A stretch of 64,000 nt of DNA from contig CM060731.1 in NCBI GenBank assembly GCA_030704615.1, positions 90,024,001-90,088,000 on the forward strand. Reading direction: 5' to 3'. This document shows, in pieces, positions 48,801 through 62,715 of the stretch (the stretch's first letter is position 1; every line of letters starts with the position of its first letter). The position numbers were made by a program, and so were the translations under genes. The DNA is from Takakia lepidozioides (Eukaryota > Plantae > Bryophyta). A model generated the notes under the pieces. That model saw only the letters and a list, made by a program, of their open reading frames with translations. It ran no database searches and had not been told where the DNA came from.

Positions 48801-51800
48801 TCATAAGACGTTGTTTGCCGTAGCCTTGTGGCCATTGACCCCGCGCCCAGTTTGAGCGGGAACAAAAGGGACAGAACCTACCTCTGTCAGGGGCTGATGT
48901 TGGTAGTGTGACTAACCATCATATATAGAATTAATCCGGGTTTTCCAGATATCCTCTAGAAATCCCTTCACACAAGCATCAATCTGCTGTGTGTGATTTG
49001 CCCAAAAACTAGGCCTCAGGAGGGCCTGGGCTTTTGGCTCAGCCTCGAGACTTTCAAAGTTGTTAAACAGGGGTACAGGCACAATTCCCTTGATAGAATT
49101 GAAGAGAGCGTCTCTTTGGTGAGAGAACCCCGGACAGTGTATCAGAAAGTGAATACTGTCTTCAGATTGCCCACACAGCGGGCAATTGCACTCTCCCTTT
49201 CCTCTCTGCTTCTGTTTGCTGTTCAAAGGTAGGCTTCCTGCCCTGAGTTTAAATTTCAGTCTAGTGCCGAGAGTGGGTAGACCCTTGAGGTCATCCAAGA
49301 TGTCCTCCCCCATGTCACTGACTGGAAACAAGTTCAGGGAAGTTTTCTGCCTAACTTCATTTTCATCAGACAATCTCATGGCAACAGACATGGCTGAGGA
49401 CACTACAGCCTCTAAGTCAGATTTATCCAGCAGGGTCAAGACTTGCGGATCCAGGTCCAGGTCCTTGAGAATCTCTTCTACTCTCTTCTGCCAGGACTTG
49501 GCCTGTTTGACAGGGCGGTCCTGTTTCCAAGATATAGAGTCAATTAACTTAGGATATCTGGTGTTGGGCATATGTTGCAGCTGACCCCACCATCTGACCT
49601 TGAATTCATCTCGTCGGGAGCTTAAGGACGGAATGCCAAACTCACCCCGAACAGCCACATTGGCTGTTTTGGAGCATGCTGACATACACTCCTTAAGCAC
49701 CCCCACTTGAATGGATTCTAGAGACTTAGCCTGGTTGGAGTTATCAACCCATATAGCAGATCCGTACTCCAAGGCAGGTCTAATAACGCGACAAAGCATG
49801 GTTTTCTTAACCTCAGAGTTGACCCCTCTGCAGTGGAAAAATTTAGTGAGCCCCAGAGCTTTGCCCTTGCCAGTTTGAACAACTTTCCGGATATGTGCAT
49901 CCCAATTATAATGGGAGGAAAACTCAACGCCCAGGTAAGTGTAGGAAGGGAGGACCGGGATCTCTTGGCTACCCCACTGCCACTTAAGATCACTTCCTCC
50001 CTCTCCTCCGTCGTTGAATGCTACCACTGCACATTTGCTGACATTAGCCTCTAGCCCCCAAAGATGGGAATAGAATGAACTCATAAGATTGCTTGCTACA
50101 GCCTTGTGGCCATAGAAAGCCCTTCACACTAGCATCAAATAGAAACCATTTCAAATATCAAATGCTGTAGCACAAGTCTTGTTTGCAGGTAAAGTATGCA
50201 AATATAGAATAGTATTGGAAAGAGCAACATATTAAAAGCTGCAGTACGTTTTATCGTTGGTTACCTCTCCAATGCGATTCTAATAGGCTCTCACCTTGAT
50301 ATTTACTCATGTATGGTCCATTGGCCCCACCTTATCAAGCTGCTTCACAAATTTGGTTAGTTGGAGCCTACTATGCGGTAGAACAGATGTGGACTGTGTT
50401 ATTTTGATTTGTTGCTTCCAGGTACTCAGACTCTTTGGACTTCTCCATATCCGGATCTGCCTATATAGGATTGGGTGGCGCTTCAGGTTCCCCCTCAGGT
50501 TCCTAGTGACTTACAGTACCTCTGATCTGCAGGTGTATCATCCTCCACTCCGTTCAGTAAAGCTGGCTCCACTTCTAGAAGACATCTCTGCTTTGAAGGT
50601 ATATGTGTGACCCTTTATCACAGACATGTACTCCTGAGGAAAATCTAAAAGTTGATTCAAATTAGAGATGCCCAAGTTAGAAAGATACATAGAAGTGATA
50701 TTGTTATTGGATATGTTTTTACCACCAATCTACAGTCTTTTGCCAGCTACAATGTGTGTGTGTGTCTATGACAACTGTTTATTACAGGCACAGACCAACA
50801 TTGAGAATAGCTCTATACACTCGATATCTTTGAGTCCATCTTGTGGACACCACCTTGCTTTTCATCTCAACAATGGCTGGTAAGTTGGATATCTCATTCT
50901 TGTAGATCGTCACGTGAGAGTAATATTAGACAATCAGACAGATGTGTATCATTTGTCGTCTTCTGGCCAGTTTCTTGAGCAACTGGATGTCTTCGCAGGT
51001 AGAGTTGTAGCTTTCATCCTTTCCTAGCATAAAAGGTGCATCTGCAAATATGTGTATGGAATATAATGTGACCTAGAGAAGCAGAAGTCAAGAAGAGATT
51101 ATGGTTATGAGGACAATGTGTCGGTGTAAATTTTTCCTGTCTTGAACTGTTCGGGTTTGATATTTTCCAACTTGGTAGTGCCCTTGAGCAATCCAGATCT
51201 CATGAGCAACTAGGAATGGGGTTGGCAGGTCAGGTCTGCTGGATTTGATGAGTGTTTCTGTAACACATATACACTGTCCCCCACCCCCATGGCTGTAAGT
51301 CTTAACTATTCCTCTGTTCTGCTTATTATTGAAAATTTTTGGCCACCTTGTTCTTATTTAGCCACTAGGATAGGATTAAAGCTTGAGTTTCACAGCGGAT
51401 GACTGTAGGTTCTGTGTCCCTTCACCTCCCTGTGACTCTATTGCACCTGATCTGAGACACGTCCATAAATATTGCAACAAATTTAGAGTTGGGACAGTCA
51501 ATGTAATCCTTAGGGACTCCAGAGAAACATGATTTCAGCTACTGCTGCTCGGTCCAGGTAGCTTGTGCTAACTAGGGATGACTTGGCTTTGTGGAAATAG
51601 AACAGAGTAGGATATGTGTACAACCATTCTAATTTTGGGACGCGCGGTTGATGCAGGGGACAGGAAATCGCACCTTGGGGTAGTATTAGGCGAAGGAGGC
51701 CTGCATGGCTTACATCCTATCCTGTAAGTTGCATAGCTACCTCATCTTGCTTAAGTAGTCTGGCTGGTTTTGGTTAAGTGAAAAAGCTTTTCAACATGGT

Positions 51801-52880
51801 ATTTCTCAGTAGGAAAAGATACCAGAGCTGTGAAGCTGTTGAGGCCTTCCCTGCTGAGATTGGTAGATGAGGAAATTGTTTGTGGGTACAGATGACTTAC
51901 ATGGGTTAGAAAAAGAAGGCATTCAATTACAGGGAGACAGCAGCTTGTGCAACTATACCGTTGGAGCTTCCACACAGATCTCTCTTCACAAACATAATTG
52001 AGGGGTTAATTCCTGATCACAAAGAAACAGGCTGGGACGGAGAAAGCAGGAGGATTGCTGTGACTTTCAAATGTGAAGGGGGCCTTGGGTGGTTGTTACA
52101 GGTGTATGCAGTTGGATGTACAATGGAGCCCCTGATTAGCATGTTGGACTTCACTCCTGGTCCATCCTCCCGCTGCTCAGTTGATGATAGTAGGCAAGTT
52201 TACTAAACAACAAACCTCAGACCAAATCATTTCTCAGCACAGGTCGGTCATCGAGTATATTCTTCAAGCCAAAGACATTTTCCTGATAGTCAGTAAAAGA
52301 ATTGTTTCGTTTTCTTTCAATATGAAAGTGATGTTAACCTGCTAGACCTCATCAGCAGTAGAAAGGGCTTTAAAACTCATGTTGTTCTTTTCCTCAGCCA
52401 CAAAAGAGATGCCAGCAATAACGAGCCATTGCAAAGGGAGGTCCAAATTTCAGAACCCATAGTAGCAACTGCAGCTCATCCGCTAAATGACTGCCTAGTC
52501 GCTGGAACCCAGGTTAGATCTTCCTTCCTTTCTCCCAACTGTTCTAGTCCTAATGTTTTCTTTTTTAGAGTCACAGAGAGTCCTTCAGCCTGTACGTTAA
52601 GAAGTTTCTTTTTGTTTTTCTTCCCTTGGTGTTGAGCTCTCTGATGCATTTTCTCATCAATGACCTCTTGCCTGATCTCTCAAAATATCAACATTCATTC
52701 TTTAGGCCTTTCTCAGCTTGTTTGCTTTGTCCACAGGCTGGATCACTGTTGCTGATTTCTCAAAAGGTCAGTTCTGCCAATGCTATCAACCTGTCATCAC
52801 CTGGTTCCACCAGCCACAATGTGGCTGTAGACATGACTGAAATGCTCGAAATTAGAGCATCTAGCATACTTTTCCGGTAA
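42885..52880 (+). CDS. Host WD40-repeat protein gene, ~15 exons (5' exons uncertain)
   Basis: GT-AG bounded exons (approximate): 44604-44637 PIVTCLEFDAK; 44968-45046 GVYLSSVSSNGCLSIHDFETLYC; ~45394-45486 LEAVRWNPANQDE; 45986-46060 VACVAS..LFVYDI; 46803-46935 VQLWDRRAG..INSLQLSRDEQ; 47212-47300 YIYLWDLRGG; 50533-50598; 50788-50879 HLAFHLNNGW; 51229-51294 THIHCPPP; 51657-51723; 52102-52190; 52398-52511 AAHPLNDCLVAGT; 52737-52880. Confidence 0.85.
47694..50113 (-). mobile_element. Two tandem 5'-truncated RTE/RTEX-like LINE 3' ends inside a WD40 intron
   Basis: ANVSKCAVV..YTYLGV..IRPALEYGSAIW..VRGEFG..CPLCGQSEDSIHFLIHC (48912-50084) and a near-identical shorter copy (47820-48750), each ending in the same 3' UTR. 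Confidence 0.85.
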
Positions 52881-54119
52881 TGTAAGTATATTGCTGATGC
52901 TATATTTATGAATCAGGACTGCTACATTACATGGGACTGTCGATAGCGATGTCTCTATTATGTGCTTCTAACTCTCTTATGGCCATATTTAATGTATACA
53001 CCGTGTCCAGAAGCAATTGTTGGTGAGTAGCAAACCATCAAATTAGCTGTCACTGGTATGGGTTGCTGAACTGAATAGTCTTTGACTTCATTTGCTTCAA
53101 CAATGGTGGTGGTGATGTAATAAAAAATAACTATGTTGGTGTCATTTAGGCTGATTTAGTTTTTTAAAGCAGGTTGGTTAGGAAGTGACAAAATTATGTC
53201 TATCGAGGTGGTAATTGGGTGGTAAATAAAAACTATTCCATGTTGAAGTCCTGCTTGCCTGTTTGTCTGGATTGTTCAAAGACTCCTCACAACAAGTGGG
53301 TATGATTGTTCATTTAAAAGGTGCAATCTTTTCCTAACATGTAGGCCTCGAATTCTTTTTTGTGACCTCAATGTGACAGTTACCCAAAGTTGGGAAGAGC
53401 TGGTTTGAATTCTTCATGCCTGTAAGACTGAAATTTGATCTGGACCGTCACTTTGATACCTGGAAACCATGATGGTGGTCATGTCAAGGTATCCATCTAG
53501 GAGATATAGTAGACCACCTAGATAGCGAGAGGAGTGTAGATACCTATGTACGTATGTATGTGTGTAACACTAGGAGAGCTCGCTACCTAGCCACAAGTAC
53601 CTAGGTGAGAGAGTAAAGTACATGTACAAAGGTAGGTAGGTAGGTAGAAAGTGGAATGATCAGATACATAGAGACAAACAGACAGGTCTGCCACGTTGGC
53701 TGAAGAGACTCAACAAGAAACAGCAGCCAGGCTTACATGGCAAAGCATAACTTTGCAGGTACTACATACCAGTGTTGTGCGGGTAGTGCCTTTTTCAGGA
53801 ATAGGGTTTTCTCTTGGAACCAAGTCCCGGATCCGGGTTTTTGAAATTTGGAAAATCCGGGTCTGGGTTTTTCAACACGGACTCCGGTCCGGGTCCGGGT
53901 AGTTGTTGGGAAATATGGGTCACGGGTTCGGATCCCGGTCCTAATTAATTGATTAAATAAATTAGGAAAATAAGGTTAATTAGATATAAATTTATTTTTG
54001 GCTGGAAAAAAAATCTTAATGGTGAATTTTATTTTAAGACACATTTTTTCAAAATATACCATGAATATGTATTGCTCAAAAATTAAAATTCTGGTGACCT
54101 TAATCATCATTTCTTTACT

Positions 54120-57100
54120 CAAGGGGCCAAGGATTCTTCTCGGTTCTTTTGGATTCAAAGGAAGCTGCAGGTAGGGCACTTTCTTTTAATCCTCACTTGG
54201 CTGGATTTAATGTTAATATTTTTCCTTGGTCGAGTGCTATGGGCAACAAGAATGGAAAGGTGTGGAGTCCCAGGATCATTGCCCTACCATATATCCCGGT
54301 GATTCGCAACAGGGAAGGACATGATTCGCCGGCAAGAAACATCAGGCAAGATGATTTGGGCAACATCCCCTCCAGGCCCCCATCACCCCTTTTTGGTAAT
54401 GATCCAGCACTGCCCAGAAGCTCCCTTCATCTCTCCGCATCCTCCTTGATAGCCTACAATCCAGTCCTGGCCAGAATTTGCACCAGTCTTCATTCTTTCC
54501 CCGCTTTGTCCCTTCCGGGCTCTTCAGCCATAGTCTCTCAGTCCTATCCCAAAGCTACCTGTGTGACACCATTAATCTTCCGCATATCCCCAGCTCTTGC
54601 CTTCCTAGCCACGGAGGGCAACGTTGTCAGCTTTGAATCCATCTGGATTTCCAACAACGATGTTTCTATTTTCATGGCCAAATCTCCCATTGACTGTAGT
54701 CCAATCCCCACTCTCAGAAACAAGATCAACTCCTTTCTTCAATCTAAGTTTCATCACTATGTGCTCCCAGCCACTGCTTAGGTCACTTGGGGCACCTACA
54801 TTGAGGACCATCTTGCTCTAGGGGTTAACCTTTCGCCATCTACCCAAATTCTAGCCCTCATGGAGGAGTCGGACCTGCTAGTTACCCAAAAGATACAGGA
54901 AGGGAGATGGATCCAGCCTGCCCCTCATGACCAGCCTTCCTCGTCTTGTGGGGCCCTCATTAGGGTCAGAGACACAATGCGCAATGGTTTTGCCTTGCTC
55001 CAGGCCCTTATGGAATCGGAAGAGGTGCAAGCGAATGAGGATTTTCAGAGCCAAAGATTCCAAGAGTACCAGGGACCAATCCATGACAATGCTCAAGCTG
55101 ATCCGGGAAGCTCCACAGGACATCAGCAGCAACAGGCTCTGCCTCAGCCTCATCACCTGGACCGGATGCAGGTGCAAGGGCTTCGTTGGACCTGTCACCC
55201 CCAGCAGCCCTGCTCCTGCCATCACCAACTCCGGCTCCACCGGTCTGCCTCCCTGTCGCCCCCCATTACCCGGTGAGTGGCCTCCCTATTTCATCCCCTT
55301 CCTTATTTTCTACCCATCTCCCTTAAACCCCAACAAAGGTAACGTGTTGTGCCTCAGAACCACGTCACCCTTTCCAAGTGGCTGGAAAATTCTCCCTTCA
55401 ATATCCTACTCTCTATCAGATGGAGACTTTTCGATGTATTTTGGAGCAGGATCAGGACCTCTTCCCCTGGCCACACCAAATCCTCTCAAACTTATTCTTA
55501 TCTCGGATTTTTTCATGCAACTATCGGGTAGACCTAGGGTGGTGCGCACATCGTGGATGCCCTGCTCAAGGATACAGCCTCTCCCGGGGGATGACTCTTT
55601 CTACCAGGACAGCCAGAGCACCCTTATCATGGCCATAGAATTGGATAAGCCAGTAGCTGCAGCCCCAACAATCACTTCTGGAAGACAACCCTTTTGCCTT
55701 CTGACAAAAGAAGTAAGTTCCATTTCCCTTCAGACAGGCCATCGTTTGAGTCCTTCCCACTCAGCCTGACACACCCACAAGATGCAGGTTAGTTTTTCTT
55801 CATGGAATATAAGGGGTATAGGCTCCGACCACTCAGCCCTCAAGAAAATTAAGCTGAGAGCATGGCTGGCTCCCCTTATTTCATCTTATGCCATTGTCTT
55901 TCTGCAGGAACATAAGCTAGATGATCTCAAAATTAGGAATCTTTCTGATAATCTATGGCCTCTTGCATCCGCTCTCTAGAAGCCTTCATCCAAAGGATCA
56001 AGGGGGGGTACAGCCATCCTCCTTTCCCCTTCCATTAGGCAATTTTTGGTGAAAGATGAGATTTGGGAGATGGGAAGAGTCCAATTCTGCTCCCTTCTGC
56101 TCCCGTCCGACCCGGAACCCATAGGCCTGGTAAACATATATGCCCCTAATAATGCAAAGGATCATTCTTCCCTGTGGGAGATGATCAACTTTAACATTTG
56201 CAGCCATAAGGAAATCAACAAATGGGTTCTAGGGGGGGACTTCAATATGGTGGAGAATGACTCAGACAGAAGAGGTTCTACGACAGCACCCCTCAACCCG
56301 GAGGAGGAGGCAATATGGCAATCTCTCCTCCAAACCCACAGCCTGGTGGAAATCCTCCCTGACACCCATCTCAATCTAGGCTCTTCCCCCCACTTCACCT
56401 GGTCCAACTATAGAGCACTGGAACACCTCTGTATGGCCCGGCTGGATAGGTTTTACCTCTCTCTGGCTTTATCCATCAATGCAACTAGAAAGCCGCAGGA
56501 ACCCATTGCCCATGGGTTTGATCACGCCCTCATTGAGCTTCGCTGTCTTTCCCTAACGCTCATCGTAGAGGTAGGGTTGTTTACAAGCTAAACTCCTCCC
56601 TTCTCAATATTCCATCCTTTATGCAGGCATTAAAGGATGAATGGCATAATCCAGGAAACCATTTTAACTGCCCCATAGAGAGATTTACCTCTAAGCTGGC
56701 GGCAACCTGTAGATGCAGCCAGATCCTTAGTAAAGACATTGTTGCAGCCAGGTCCAGGAAGGTTAAAGCCCTTAAAAACTGTCTTGAGGTGTGCCAATCG
56801 AAAATCGAATCTCGTGCATGCGATGACCACACGTTTCAGACTTACCTTGAGGCCCGGTACAATCTGGGGATCTTTTAGGAACAACAACAGGAAAAAATGA
56901 GAATGCAAACAGGGGTCAATTGGTCTGCCAAAGGAGAGAAAATGTCTAAGTATTTCTTTCAGATTCTTTAAAAAAACCAAGCTTAGAAGGGCCATGCAAA
57001 CCATTCCTAAGTTATATATAGACAGTCAGGGCAACAAATCTTCCAGACCAAAGGAGCTCTGTGGGATGGCTTTCAAGCACTTCAGCTCCCTGTTCCAAGC

Positions 57101-60100
57101 AGAACCGGTGGGGGTGGACAACGCCCAATTGCTTCACTCATGCCTGCAATCTACCCCCAGTCAATACAGGGAAGGGGAAGACCAACCCTTGTCCAGAGAA
57201 TTCACCCCTATGGAGCTGGAGGACGCTCTGGACCAAATGAACAAGGGTAAAACTCCCGGTCTTGATGGTATGCCAATGGAGTTTTACAAGGCCTTCTAGC
57301 CTCGCATCGCTCAAGAGTTTTGTGACATGGCAAATGAAATCCACAGGAAAGGTGCTATGCCAGGGTCCATGTCTCAAGGGTCATTACTCTCCTTTAAAAA
57401 AAAAGGGATAGATCAGACATAAATAATTATAGGCCGATAACGCTGCTTAATGTGGCCTATAAAATTATTGCCAAGGCCTTGGCTCTCAGGCTCCAGCCCC
57501 TTCTCCCTTCGTTGATTAGAACAGGTCAAGCCGGTTTCGTAAAAGGCAGATATATATTGGATAATGTCCTTCTGGCCCAGGAGGCGGATGCATATGCCCG
57601 GGCATCAAATCAGGTGTTGGCACTCTGGCTGATTGACTTTGAGAAGGCATTCGACAAAGTGGGTTGGGACTTTCTTCTGGCGGTTCTGCAAAAATGTGGG
57701 CTTCCACCCTCATTCTACAAGTGGGTAAACATCCTTATCCGCAACAGCTCCAGCAGGGTTATTATTAATGGACATTTGTCAAAACCCTTTGCCCTCCAAA
57801 GATCGGTGCGACAGGGATGCCCTCTCTCACCTTTCCTCTTTCTGTTTGTAGCAGATACTCTGGGATACATGTTGGATGTAAACCCTGTAGTGAGAGGCCT
57901 TCAGATGCATGGTTTCAGGGCTGATGCTACCCTTCAGATTAAAGATTCTATGTTTGTAGATGACACTTTTCTCCTGCTTCAAGCTGAGCCAGCAGCCCTG
58001 CATGCTGCCCAGTGCACGATTGACAGCTTCTGCAAAGTATCGGGTTTCAGAGTGAATTGGACAAAGACCAAGGCTCTTCTGGTGGGAGATATTTCAAAAT
58101 CAGGTCTGGGGGTCTTCCCAGTATGGGGGGCTAACTTGGGCTTGATCTGGCTCAAGGAAGGGGAGTCCACCACCCTATTGGGCCATGTCTTTGGGATTAA
58201 TCTCTCTGAAGACCAGCGTCTGGGACCCACTATTGCCAAGCTGAAGGGACAGCTAACCTTCTGGGGCTCTCCGGTTCCTCTCCATTACTGGGAGGGCTCT
58301 GGTGGCTAACCAGATCCTTTTGGCCGGTATCTGGTATTTCGCCTCAACCTGGAGCCCCAGCTCTAAACACATCCATGAAATCAAAAAGTGTATTAGAAAT
58401 TTTATATGGGGGGCCCAATTGTTGGACTCTAACAAACGTCCCCAGGTCTCTTGGATTCAAATCATAATGCCCAAGAAAATGGGTGGCCTTGGAGTCTTGG
58501 ATCCCGAAACCCAGATCAAAGCCCTGTTGGGAAAATGGCTCCCCAGATTCATGAGTCCAGAAGGAGGTTGGTGGAAACTTATGGTGATGGGTACTATTTC
58601 CCTCAGTTCACCCCTGGGCACCACGCAATGGTCTCCATTAAGATGGATCACTCAAGGTTTTCGTCACAAATCCCCTGGCTCTTCCCTTTGGACCTCTATT
58701 TGGTTGGCTTGGGAGAAGTGCAGACCTTTCCTGCGAAAAAGAGAGCCAGGTTCATTTTTTGAAGTGCTCAGGCAACACCTGTTCCTCAACAAGCCAGTCC
58801 CATCAGCAGCGGAGAGGAGCCAAGCTACAAGATGGGCAGGGTGGGATGCAAGGGGACTCTCACAGGTCTCCCATCTATGGTTCAGTACCCCTGAATCTCT
58901 TTCCAAAATTCTAGGCACCCAAAGGCTCTCCTCCGGTATAGCCTCGGTTCTGCAATCAGTTCCAGATTCGTGGAGAGACATGCTCAGATAGGGCCCATCC
59001 TCTCCATCTCTTTATCAGTGGGTGACCACACCTGATCACCACTTTTAGGTCATGTTCATAACGGAAGCCTCGCTTGATAACCTGGTGGGATTCGCATTCA
59101 GGGCCCATCCTTATACGGGTGCTCTATCGCTGCACTCATCCAACTCCATCACAATCCCATATACAAACACCCCACCAGCCAGAATCTGCCATTGGAACTC
59201 TAAGCTCAAAGATTTTAATCCGTCCCTCCCATCCAACACCCATGTTCTACCATGGTTACGATCAGGAACCTTCATATGGATAGGAGGCCAGTCCATCCAG
59301 GATCTGCAAATCGACCCGGCAGAATGGCAATGGGAATTCGGGGACAAAATTTGCTCCTTCTTCTCTTACACGGCCAAGGGAGCCTACAGAGCGATGTTGG
59401 AGGCCAAGCCTCTAACCAAAAACTGGGATGACAGATGGGACTTATTCCAATTTAGAGAGGAAAACTGGAAGTGCATATGGGCTCTAATTAAAATCTAAAC
59501 CAGCCAAACTCAGTGCCTTTCTTTGGCAGATTGCAAATAGAGTTTTAAAGGTTGGGCAATTTTTGAACTTCCAAGAGGCTATTCTCTGCAGATGCTGCCC
59601 CATTGGGGTTATTGAGTCTTTGGAACACTGCCTTATTTTCTGTGGAGGGCCGTCATCCATCTGGCCCTTGGTATTGTCACTTTACAGGGTCTGGTCAGAC
59701 ACCGCTCAGGACCCCATAGCCCTCCTGCTTAATTACAACCAAACAACCAAGTCCAAAGTGTCCACATGCCCAGTATGGCTCTCCGCTCGGCAACATTGTG
59801 GCAAATTTGGAAGGCTCGGTGCAGATGGACACTAAACAATGCCTCATCCTCCTGTACAGAAATCCTTGTTTGTGTTTTCTATGATATTACTATTGCAGCT
59901 AAGTTGGCCTGGTAAAAACTATACATAGAAGCAGACAGGAAACCCGAACGAAAAGATTCCCTCCTCGCCTCCTTCAGAGCATCTTGGGGAAGAGGAAGAA
60001 TCATTTGTTGCAGCATTGATACGGACTCCTGTACATGGGCAGACTCCATACCTGAACTCTGGAAACACCGATGGAGCACCATCTTCGGCCTCCCCTGACT

Positions 60101-60540
60101 TGGACTCGGCAGATATAAACTGGAAGCACATAAGGAGGGGGTCTAAATCTAAGTTGATCTTCCTCAGATAGAAATCTTCCGAGTTTCGCTCCTTGGCCGT
60201 TTTGGCCTGTACTCTTATTGTTCGTCGTTCCGTTCGGTTCCCTCTGCTCTAGGGCACCTCTCTCTTATGGAGGTTTCAATGCTATGAACTAATCCCAGAT
60301 TAGCTCTCTGCACTATGGGCAAATCTTGCAACCAATAATAGAAGGGTCTACCAGGGCTGCATGCGTAGTCAGGTCTATTTTTTACCCTATTCACTTATCG
60401 TTGGAATCTCTAACACGGTCCCCGTGTGTTAAGCCTCATGGCAATATGTAAGGGTTTAATTTTTTTCTCTTTTTAATAAATTTCCAGGGCCTCTCATCCC
60501 TGTTGGTAATAAATAAATAAATAATAAAATAAAATAAAAT
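54120..60540 (+). mobile_element. Near full-length degenerate L1/Tx1-clade LINE (ORF1 remnant, APE endonuclease, RT, Cys finger, (AATAA)n tail)
   Basis: SWNIRG, FLQEHK, NIYAPN, GGDFN, RLDRFY, FDH (APE); DFEKAFDKV, VRQGCPLSP, MFVDDT (RT); CRCC...ESLEHCLIFC; A-rich tail 60508-60540; many stops and frameshifts. Confidence 0.9.
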
Positions 60541-60581
60541 TTGAGTTCCATTCTTCAATATCAATTCTTAAACATGTTAAG

Positions 60582-61938
60582 TGTCGCGTACCCCACTTCG
60601 GTAAGCTCCCCTTCAAGTTATAGTTACTCACTTTGATGCCGCGCCTAACTCCCAAACTGGCCGCCGGGCCAACTCGGAGCTTCGGCTGCTCACCGGGGCA
60701 TAATGGTCCCCCTCATACTTCCACTCGACCCTCGACCTGTTGGGCTCAGTGGAAATTCCCTTTGGTAGATGGCAGTCCGGAACAACTCCCCACCTTGGTC
60801 GTTTTCCGGCTCGCACGCTTACTCACTAGTTTTTGGTCACTAATGGGCTTGCACCGTTCTCGGGGTTACTACTCCCTATATATACTTATGTAGGTGTCCG
60901 CGGGGGTTCCACAAGTAGCCAAGTCCAAATCTGGTGCACCACCACTTAGACCCTCGATCGTCCCTGTGGTGAGCCGCGGTGAGTCTTGGCCCACCCACCA
61001 CGGCCCCAATGGACCAAGGCACCATGGTACGCCATCGTTCTTTGCCATGGACCCTTTTTGATTAGGAAGATAACCTTGAACCAACCGTGCTCCCCAATCA
61101 CTACAATTGGGTCCGCCTTGGAATGTTGGCCTGGGGTACGGGAACACGCCGAAGCCGCACTACGACTTCGTCCCGAGGCTACACGATTATAGTACGTGAA
61201 CAGAAGCACGTAGCTTCCGCGTTAGCCCGCACTACGTCCCTCGGTAGCGCAGTTATAATACGCGCACTAGCACGTGAACTCCCAAAGAAGGCGCAAGTTT
61301 CTTTGCCCCTTGGATAGGAGTCACCCGATTTCGGCACTGCGCAAACACACGATTAATCCAATTTACCTCTCCCACTTTTGTAAGCTAGCATGCATTCTAC
61401 ACACTAGCCAGCCAGACCATGCATCACTATTCCAAACAAAATAGGAAGCACGATATTTGGAAACAATTTCATTTATAAACAAAATTTGTACAACACAAGT
61501 TTTTGCAATCGGATTCCTAAGCTAGCTAAGTCGGACTAAGCATGCCTTTCCTCCCCCACGATCCAAGGTTGATGTCCCCATCAACGTTTCTTCCCGCTTT
61601 TGAGGTCGTCCTTCAAAAGCTGCAACCGCCTCGGATGCGTTTCACATTTCTGAGGCACGCACCCAAGTTGCCTCCACTTGATGATAGTCATTCCATTTCA
61701 CGAGATACTCCGTTTCTCGATTCTTGAACCTCCTCGACTTAAGCACTGCCTCCATCTCGTACTCAGGTTCATTTTCATGATCCAACAGTACAGGTAGCGG
61801 ACGCAACACTTGATGTCGATTCGGACACGCTTCATCTTTGAAGTAAGGCTTCAAAAGGGAAACGTGGAATACTGGATGCACCTTGTTGTTTGTCGGCAGC
61901 TCCAATTCATACACATCCTCATTCATAACCTTCCTAAT
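60582..61938 (-). mobile_element. Truncated older relative of the chromovirus (partial 3' LTR, 3' UTR, chromodomain)
   Basis: 60582-61012 resembles LTR 14959-15396; 61050-61938 resembles 16040-16945; VHPVFHVSLLKPY..EYLVKW ORF at 61642-61926. Confidence 0.9.
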
Positions 61939-62507
61939 TCATATTACTATTCATAAGAATAGTAATATGCCTCAAGGCTCATAGATCACTACAAGCATGG
62001 ATCCCTACAGCATGGATCTCTGGGAGCTGGCCTAATAATAATATCCGACGCCTTCTTCAGGAGGCATAAATTATGGCGTCACTTAACCCCGAAGGGCACA
62101 ACGTTGTGATACCAATCCATGGATTATACCCACAACCACTTTTGAGGTGGTATGTGGTCATTACCACTGGGCTACAACTTGGTTATCCAGATGGTCTACC
62201 TTGAGTGGTGGGGGCTGGCTGCTGCAGGGGCCTATTGCTCGTCCCCTCCACACACATTGCAAAACCTACCACATCTAAGGTGGACCCCGCTTGCCCCATC
62301 TAAAATTAAAACCCGGACCCAATCCGCTACACTGGCTCGCGGATAGCGGGTATAACGGGTTATGGACCTAGCTGGGGGGAATGAACCCGGGTCAAGGTCC
62401 GGGTTTTTGGTGATTGCACAGGTCGGGATATGGATTCGGGTAAGCCGGACCCTAACCCGCCGGGTACCCGGGGTCAAAACCCGGACCCGCACAACACTGG
62501 TACATAC

Positions 62508-62715
62508 CATTGTTGGGCGGATACACACATTTTTTTCATATACGCCGGTTCCGGATATTAAAAACTTTTGGTTTTAGATATCCACTGGTTCCGGGTATTA
62601 CCAACATGACAAACAGCGGATCCGGGTATGCATCCGATTATTAAGTTTAGGGCTGAGATGCGCCAAGTATTGACGGGTATTGGCCGGATATCCGCCGGAT
62701 ATTACACCAGGTATA
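62508..62715 (+). mobile_element. Probable left end of a second hAT-like non-autonomous element
   Basis: Starts CATTGTTGGGCGGAT (similar to the neighbouring TIR) directly after the TSD; CCGGATAT subterminal repeats, also seen near 63700-63745; matching right TIR not found. Confidence 0.4.

Larger units (their letters stand above)
53770..62499. mobile_element. Non-autonomous hAT-like element with nested LINE and chromovirus remnant
   Basis: 15-bp TIRs CAGTGTTGTGCGGGT (53770-53784) and ACCCGCACAACACTG (62485-62499); 8-bp flanks CTACATAC / GTACATAC (7/8); CCGGGT/ACCCGG subterminal repeats. Confidence 0.8.

Noticed and set aside
61940-61969. Helitron 3' hairpin, or a copy of the CTATTTCATGAGC terminus
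   Set aside because: AT-rich with no nearby CTRR end, and the similarity to the TIR is short and gapped.
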